A stretch of 64,000 nucleotides of DNA from Candidatus Omnitrophota bacterium. Its GTDB lineage: Bacteria; Omnitrophota; Gorgyraeia; Zapsychrales; Aceulaceae. The stretch spans positions 18,977-82,976 of the forward strand of contig JAKQPK010000050.1 of the NCBI GenBank assembly GCA_029564765.1, given 5' to 3'. How positions within the stretch are numbered: position 1 is the first letter of the stretch; each line of letters starts with the position of its first letter. The notes below the pieces were generated by a model. That model was not told the origin of the DNA. It did not search any database and saw nothing but the letters and a program-made list of their open reading frames with translations. The position numbers were made by a program, and so were the translations under genes. Of the stretch, positions 59,062-64,000 are shown in pieces.

Positions 59062-60489
59062 CTAGATGCCAACACGTATGCGATATGTAACGGTCACTTC
59101 GCCGTCCTTTGGAACTTTCGGATCAAAACGCACGGTAAGCGCATCCTTTTGCTCATACGCCTGATCATTCGAAACCATGGTCCAACTCCCTGGCACAGGC
59201 TCGATAAGACCGACAACAATATCCTCTTTCTTGTGATTGCGAACCTTGATCTCCCATGCGGTCTCATACATGCGGCTGGAGATCTGCTTAAAATCTGTTT
59301 GCCTGCGTTCAACGACAACATCAAAGGCCTCCCCAACCCTGAGCCGAACATCTTCGTTCTTGGGTGTGTGAGCGATTCGGTCTTCTCCAATAAACTGCAG
59401 AGCTCCTTGATCGTCCTGCTTATACAGCCGTATGATGCCAGCTGGCAACGGCATGCCAAGTTTATTTTCTTGCGCGTTCTTAAACGTTACATAAACATTC
59501 ACTTTTTGCTTAGGGTTCTGCTCACGATATTGCATCGTAAAATACCCTTGTTCTCCATAAACCAAAAATTCCTTAATGATGCCAAACGCATTAGCCTCCA
59601 GCAAGCTGATCTGTTTTGTCTGATTATCCTTGATCGTTGTCGGCCGCTGCAGATCATACAAGTGATATTCAAAAAATCCCTGTTCCTGGAACTGTGCGGC
59701 GCCTAAAGTATCAGCCATCATTCCCTTGCGCATTTCCAGTGCATTGCGCATGACCGGCGCTTGAACACGATTGATCTCTCCAGCGACTAATTTTAATTTC
59801 GCGCGGTCGTATATCGCGCCGCTTTTGTTATCAACAGTTACCCATCCGGACAGATCGGCCTTCGCATCTGCCTTGTCAAGAACCAGGACATAGTCTGCTT
59901 TCCAGGTAATATTATTCGTCAGATACGAGACTTGGATCTCTTGCGCGCCGTCCACCGTACTCGCGTACAGCCAGGCCAAGGTTGGCTTAGCGATCAAATT
60001 TTCCGGGATCCTTGGCAAGACCTGATACCCAGGATGCCCTAAATAAATTTCATCACCGATCTTGTAGATCTGGCCGTTATTATTGCTTAACAACACCGCA
60101 TCAACAACGTTTTTCCTATCTTGATACTGATTGACTTCCATAAGCTTGATCTTTTTTCCAACATATTTATCCAAAAGTTTCTGTTGGTTCATCAGGTCAT
60201 ACTCATAATTCTGCTCTAGAACCACAAACTTATCAGGAGAGGTTAAAGACTTCACATGCACCGTTACCGGCATGATATGCGCCGCCACATCCATGAATTG
60301 AAGCTCGTTTTCCTTGCCCTTCGTTATCCTGATCTTGCGCGTATCTTTAACAAGACCGAGATTCGCGTTATACACCGTCACTTCCATAGCGGTTTGATCA
60401 TCAATGGTCGACCTTGTGACCGACTGAGCCTCAGCAAGACCAAGCGCAGAGAAAACAACGACAAAAACTAATAAAATAATGTTTCGCAT
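59062..60489 (-). CDS. Secreted DUF4139 domain protein
   Basis: Signal peptide; VTVYN..LGLVKD, EQNYEYDL, WKADY, YHLYDL, GMPLPAG, IAHTP. Confidence 0.8.
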   Translation of the reverse strand: MRNIILLVFVVVFSALGLAEAQSVTRSTIDDQTAMEVTVYNANLGLVKDTRKIRITKGKENELQFMDVAAHIMPVTVHVKSLTSPDKFVVLEQNYEYDLMNQQKLLDKYVGKKIKLMEVNQYQDRKNVVDAVLLSNNNGQIYKIGDEIYLGHPGYQVLPRIPENLIAKPTLAWLYASTVDGAQEIQVSYLTNNITWKADYVLVLDKADAKADLSGWVTVDNKSGAIYDRAKLKLVAGEINRVQAPVMRNALEMRKGMMADTLGAAQFQEQGFFEYHLYDLQRPTTIKDNQTKQISLLEANAFGIIKEFLVYGEQGYFTMQYREQNPKQKVNVYVTFKNAQENKLGMPLPAGIIRLYKQDDQGALQFIGEDRIAHTPKNEDVRLRVGEAFDVVVERRQTDFKQISSRMYETAWEIKVRNHKKEDIVVGLIEPVPGSWTMVSNDQAYEQKDALTVRFDPKVPKDGEVTVTYRIRVGI

Positions 60490-60501
60490 ACTCTCTCCTT
60501 G

Positions 60502-61575
60502 TTAAACGCTAAAACGAAAATAAACAACATCACCATCTTGGATCTCGTAATCCTTGCCCTCTAGAGAAACGAGATTCTTTTCCTTGAGCGCCTGATAACT
60601 GCCATATTTTTCAAGGTCAGCGAATCGGTAGACTTCTGCCCGAATAAAGCCTCGCTCAATATCCGTATGGATCTTTCCAGCGGCCTTGACAGCTTTTGTG
60701 CCTTGCGCAACAAGCCAGGCACGTGTCTCTGTCGGTCCTGCAGTAAAAAAACATACCAAACCCAAAAGTTCCTGTCCTGCCTTGGCAAGCGTAGCCAGGC
60801 CAGGAGAGGTTATGCCGGCAGATTCATAATATGTCGCTCTTTCTTCATCTGGCAGCTCCAGGATCTCCGCTTCGAGCTTGGTGCACAGAGTGACCACTTT
60901 TGCGTTTTCCTTCTTTGCCAGTTCTTTCAGCGGATCAAGTAGATCATCGCACACTTCTCCCTCGCCAGTATTGGCAACATACAGGATCGGTTTTGCGGTC
61001 AAAAACTCAAATTCGGCAATAAGCTTAGGGTCGATCTGTTGGCTGCGGACAGATCTTCCTTGATTAAATCCCTGGATCGCAATATCAAGCATTTCAACTT
61101 TTTCCTGAGCAAGCTTGTCACCTGACTTAGCCACTTTTAACAAGCGATCATATCCTTTTTGTGCTTGCTGAAGATCTGCGAGCAACAATTCAGTTTCAAT
61201 GATCTCTGCAGCATAAATGGGATTTAAATTGCCGGCAACGTTCACGATGTTTTCATCATGAAAACAGCGCACAACATGACAGATCGCGTCGACCGAACGG
61301 ATATTTGATAAAAATTTATTCCCAAGCCCTTCCCCTTGGCTGGCACCCTTGACAAGCCCCGCAATATCCACGAATCGGATCCCGGAAGGCGTGATCTTAG
61401 CGCTCTCCCATTCCTGCGCAAGACGATTGAGTCGAGGATCCGCTAAAGGGACAATGCCGACGTTGGGCTCGATCGTAGTAAACGGAAAATTCTCAACAGC
61501 AGCACCAGCGCCCGTAAGGGCGTTAAACAAGGTTGATTTGCCAACGTTCGGCAGACCGACGATACCTATCTCCAT
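60502..61575 (-). CDS. ychF: Ribosome-binding ATPase YchF
   Basis: GIVGLPNVGKST, FTTIEPN, DIAGLVKGAS, TGS domain; start refined to MEIGIVG. Confidence 0.96.
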   Translation of the reverse strand: MEIGIVGLPNVGKSTLFNALTGAGAAVENFPFTTIEPNVGIVPLADPRLNRLAQEWESAKITPSGIRFVDIAGLVKGASQGEGLGNKFLSNIRSVDAICHVVRCFHDENIVNVAGNLNPIYAAEIIETELLLADLQQAQKGYDRLLKVAKSGDKLAQEKVEMLDIAIQGFNQGRSVRSQQIDPKLIAEFEFLTAKPILYVANTGEGEVCDDLLDPLKELAKKENAKVVTLCTKLEAEILELPDEERATYYESAGITSPGLATLAKAGQELLGLVCFFTAGPTETRAWLVAQGTKAVKAAGKIHTDIERGFIRAEVYRFADLEKYGSYQALKEKNLVSLEGKDYEIQDGDVVYFRFSV

Positions 61576-61576
61576 A

Positions 61577-63028
61577 TTATGATTCCTTCTTTCCCGCGCC
61601 TGCCAAGACCGATGCCAAGGCGTCGACGACATGTTGATCGATCTTTGGGCCCATTTCACGCAAGATCTGGAATGATTCAACCTGCGAAAGACCTTTGCGA
61701 TAGGGCCTGCTGGTCCGAAGGGCATCGTATATATCCGCCACGGCCAAAATGCGGACAAGAGGACTGATCTGGTCACCCTTAAGACGGTCAGGATAGCCGC
61801 TGCCATCCAACTTCTCATGATGGTGCCGAACGACATCGCGCAAATGTTCAAGGCTCTTGATCGGCTTGATGATCTCCTCGCCCAAAGCAGGATGCGCCTC
61901 CATCACGATGCGCTCTTCGATAGTGAACGGGCCTTGCTTCAGCAAAACATCATCGCTTACGCCGATCTTTCCAAGGTCATGCAAACGTCCCGCATCACGC
62001 AAAATAGATTTTTCCTCATCGCTGAGGTTTAAATACGTCGCGATCTTTACGGCATAATCCGAAACACGATCCAGGTGCCCTCGCGAATAAGGATCCTTGG
62101 CTTCGACCGCAACGGCTAAAGCGGAGATAATATCAAAATAGCTTCTTTCCGCATCCACATGCAATCGATCATTTTCGATCGCTACGGCTGTCTGCATCGC
62201 AACGCTATGTAATAATGCGACATCTTCATGATTAAAATCAGCCTGGATCTTTCGGCCAGAAACAACGAGAACGCCCAAAACCTTATCATGCAGCACCAGA
62301 GGAACGACCACAAGAGGAGATTCAAAATGTTGATCCGCGACAAGGGTTCTCGTTGACAAAATGAGAAATGCCTTCGATCGATCGAGAACATCCTCTAAAA
62401 AGCTTCCACGACAGCTAAAGAGAACCTGCTTGAAAGAGCCCGGAATAGAACCATAATACGCCCTCACATACAAATGCGCCTGATCCTCATCGATCATCAA
62501 CAGAGCCCCCGCCTTACCTCCAACGGCTTCCGTGATCGTTTCAATGATCAGATCGAGAAACTTATCGATGTTTTGAATGGAAGATATTCCTTGTCCTACC
62601 TTGGACAAAACCCCTTGCAGAGTATTTTTGGTCAGCTCAAGCTTTGTAATGTTGTCCCTGAGCTTGCCGATCGCTTCATTAAATGTTTGCGTCAGCGCCA
62701 TGACCTCATTGGCATCATCTGAGGTAAAGACCGCGCTCTCTGCTCCGATAATGGACTTCAATGCTTCTTGATTAGCTTTAGTCAATCGCAGGATCCGCAC
62801 AACAGCCAAACGCATCAAAAAGTAACCGACCCCTATACCGATCGCAACGTAAAAAATCGTGGCGTTCAAGTTATCCACGGTCAGCTGAATTTCGCCGGAT
62901 GAACGCAACTGAAGATATAGATAATATAGCAAAGATAAAGGAATGATCGAGATCAGGATGAAGATGATATTGAATTGAATGATCAATGACGATCTTTCGA
63001 ATGACGTCATCTTAGGCTTTGGTGCCAT
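61577..63028 (-). CDS. Membrane GAF/HD-GYP cyclic dinucleotide phosphodiesterase
   Basis: Two TM helices, GAF domain, HDLGK, HHEKLDGSGYP, RPYRK. Confidence 0.9.
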   Translation of the reverse strand: MAPKPKMTSFERSSLIIQFNIIFILISIIPLSLLYYLYLQLRSSGEIQLTVDNLNATIFYVAIGIGVGYFLMRLAVVRILRLTKANQEALKSIIGAESAVFTSDDANEVMALTQTFNEAIGKLRDNITKLELTKNTLQGVLSKVGQGISSIQNIDKFLDLIIETITEAVGGKAGALLMIDEDQAHLYVRAYYGSIPGSFKQVLFSCRGSFLEDVLDRSKAFLILSTRTLVADQHFESPLVVVPLVLHDKVLGVLVVSGRKIQADFNHEDVALLHSVAMQTAVAIENDRLHVDAERSYFDIISALAVAVEAKDPYSRGHLDRVSDYAVKIATYLNLSDEEKSILRDAGRLHDLGKIGVSDDVLLKQGPFTIEERIVMEAHPALGEEIIKPIKSLEHLRDVVRHHHEKLDGSGYPDRLKGDQISPLVRILAVADIYDALRTSRPYRKGLSQVESFQILREMGPKIDQHVVDALASVLAGAGKKES

Positions 63029-63065
63029 AATGTCCTTTGGCGCTCAACATTCGCCGCTAAATTTC

Positions 63066-63665
63066 TTAAAAATGCTTTTGGATATATTCGCTCAACAAGC
63101 GCTCAGCTTCATCTTTGCACTGACCGCAAACGGTGCCTAGCTTTGTTCGCTCCTGAAGTTCGTAGTAGCTGCGCGCGCCCTCCAAAACCGCATGCTCGAT
63201 CTCTTGATCGGTCACATTCATACATTGGCAGACGATCTTCACCTCTTCCGTGCGCACGTTCTCCTGCATGCCATTTCGTTCGTAATAATTGTTGATCGCG
63301 GCGCGCAGTGCCTTATCCCCTAAGACAGAGCAATGGATCTTATGCTCCGGCAGGCTTCCTAGCTGCTGCATAATATCCTTAGGAGAAAGCTTGGCCGCTT
63401 GCGACAACGGCATTCCCTTGATCATTTCCGATAAAACAGACGTGCTTGCGATCGCCGAAGCGCAGCCATACGTACGCCATCGACAGTCAACGATCACTTG
63501 CTTATCCTTGTCCACTTGAATGTACATATTCATTTGGTCGCCGCATTTAATATTGCCGACAGATCCTTCGCCATCCGCCTTAAAATCTTCCCCATCCTTA
63601 AGAACATTGCGCGGCTTCATGAAATGATCTTTCACTTTTTCGGTATAGACCCAATTCTGTTCCAT
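63066..63665 (-). CDS. nifU: Fe-S scaffold: IscU/NifU N-domain plus BFD-like [2Fe-2S] domain
   Basis: CGD, GCASAIAS, KIHCS; CQC...CGQC. Confidence 0.85.
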   Translation of the reverse strand: MEQNWVYTEKVKDHFMKPRNVLKDGEDFKADGEGSVGNIKCGDQMNMYIQVDKDKQVIVDCRWRTYGCASAIASTSVLSEMIKGMPLSQAAKLSPKDIMQQLGSLPEHKIHCSVLGDKALRAAINNYYERNGMQENVRTEEVKIVCQCMNVTDQEIEHAVLEGARSYYELQERTKLGTVCGQCKDEAERLLSEYIQKHF

Positions 63666-63680
63666 AGCTGTCCTCGACTC

Positions 63681-64000
63681 TTAATATACAGTTGACATCT
63701 TACGCACTTTATCAATAACGTTCGGCATTACGTCCAGCACATACTTGATCTCAGAGATGCGGGTCTCTCGCCCCATGCTTATGCGCACCGAACCATGCGC
63801 TAGTTCTGCGGATATTCCCGTTGCCAAAAGGACGTGTGAGGGGTCCAATGACCCTGACGCGCACGCGGATCCTGTAGAGACTGCGATACCTTCCATGTCA
63901 AGATAAAGCAAAACCGCCTCACCTTCAGCACCCCTGAAAGAAACATTCAGCGTTCCCGCAAGCGAATCCTCAGGGTGCCCATTAAAACGCACATCAGGAA
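63681..64000 (-). CDS. nifS: Cysteine desulfurase NifS/IscS (C-terminal part; 5' end outside window)
   Basis: VSTGSACASG, PSHVL, SVRISMG. Confidence 0.92.
   Translation of the reverse strand, partial: PDVRFNGHPEDSLAGTLNVSFRGAEGEAVLLYLDMEGIAVSTGSACASGSLDPSHVLLATGISAELAHGSVRISMGRETRISEIKYVLDVMPNVIDKVRKMSTVY

Noticed and set aside
61576-61851. 92-aa N-terminal extension of YchF
   Set aside because: Overlaps the HD-GYP gene; YchF homology starts at MEIGIVG (61575)

Overview
Chromosomal housekeeping region of a bacterium (about 45% GC). It is probably Ca. Omnitrophota (PVC superphylum), inferred from the large modular protein family and gene content, not from a marker gene. It holds 60 CDS plus tRNA-Pro(CGG), and 57 CDS lie on the minus strand. 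Contents: a dcw cluster (mraZ to ftsA) that lacks ftsZ and murB, carries an inserted secreted zinc peptidase and runs directly into an Arn-like amino-sugar/GT-C module with a B12 radical SAM enzyme; rbfA-nrnA-truB-ribF; cca-xerD-ligA; a riboflavin operon followed by a ketosynthase homolog missing all three catalytic residues, fabG and fabZ; an inverted pncC-thpR pair; rpsO-pnp-ftsK-rodZ-rimO-pgsA-pgpA; c-di-GMP enzymes; gpmI; ychF; nifS-nifU. Best candidate for an undescribed system: a 1616-aa secreted cassette-like protein (39319-44169) with host-GC ends around an AT-rich cargo. The cargo starts with an internal signal-peptide-like segment and contains a His/Cys caspase-fold protease domain, and a tandem 33-bp hairpin repeat lies upstream of the gene. 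Other notable signals are a 20%-GC intergenic array of helically phased GTAA motifs (45513-45731) and strong window-wide GATC/GCGATCGC enrichment. All calls are from motif recognition by eye and counts are manual; no database searches were run.
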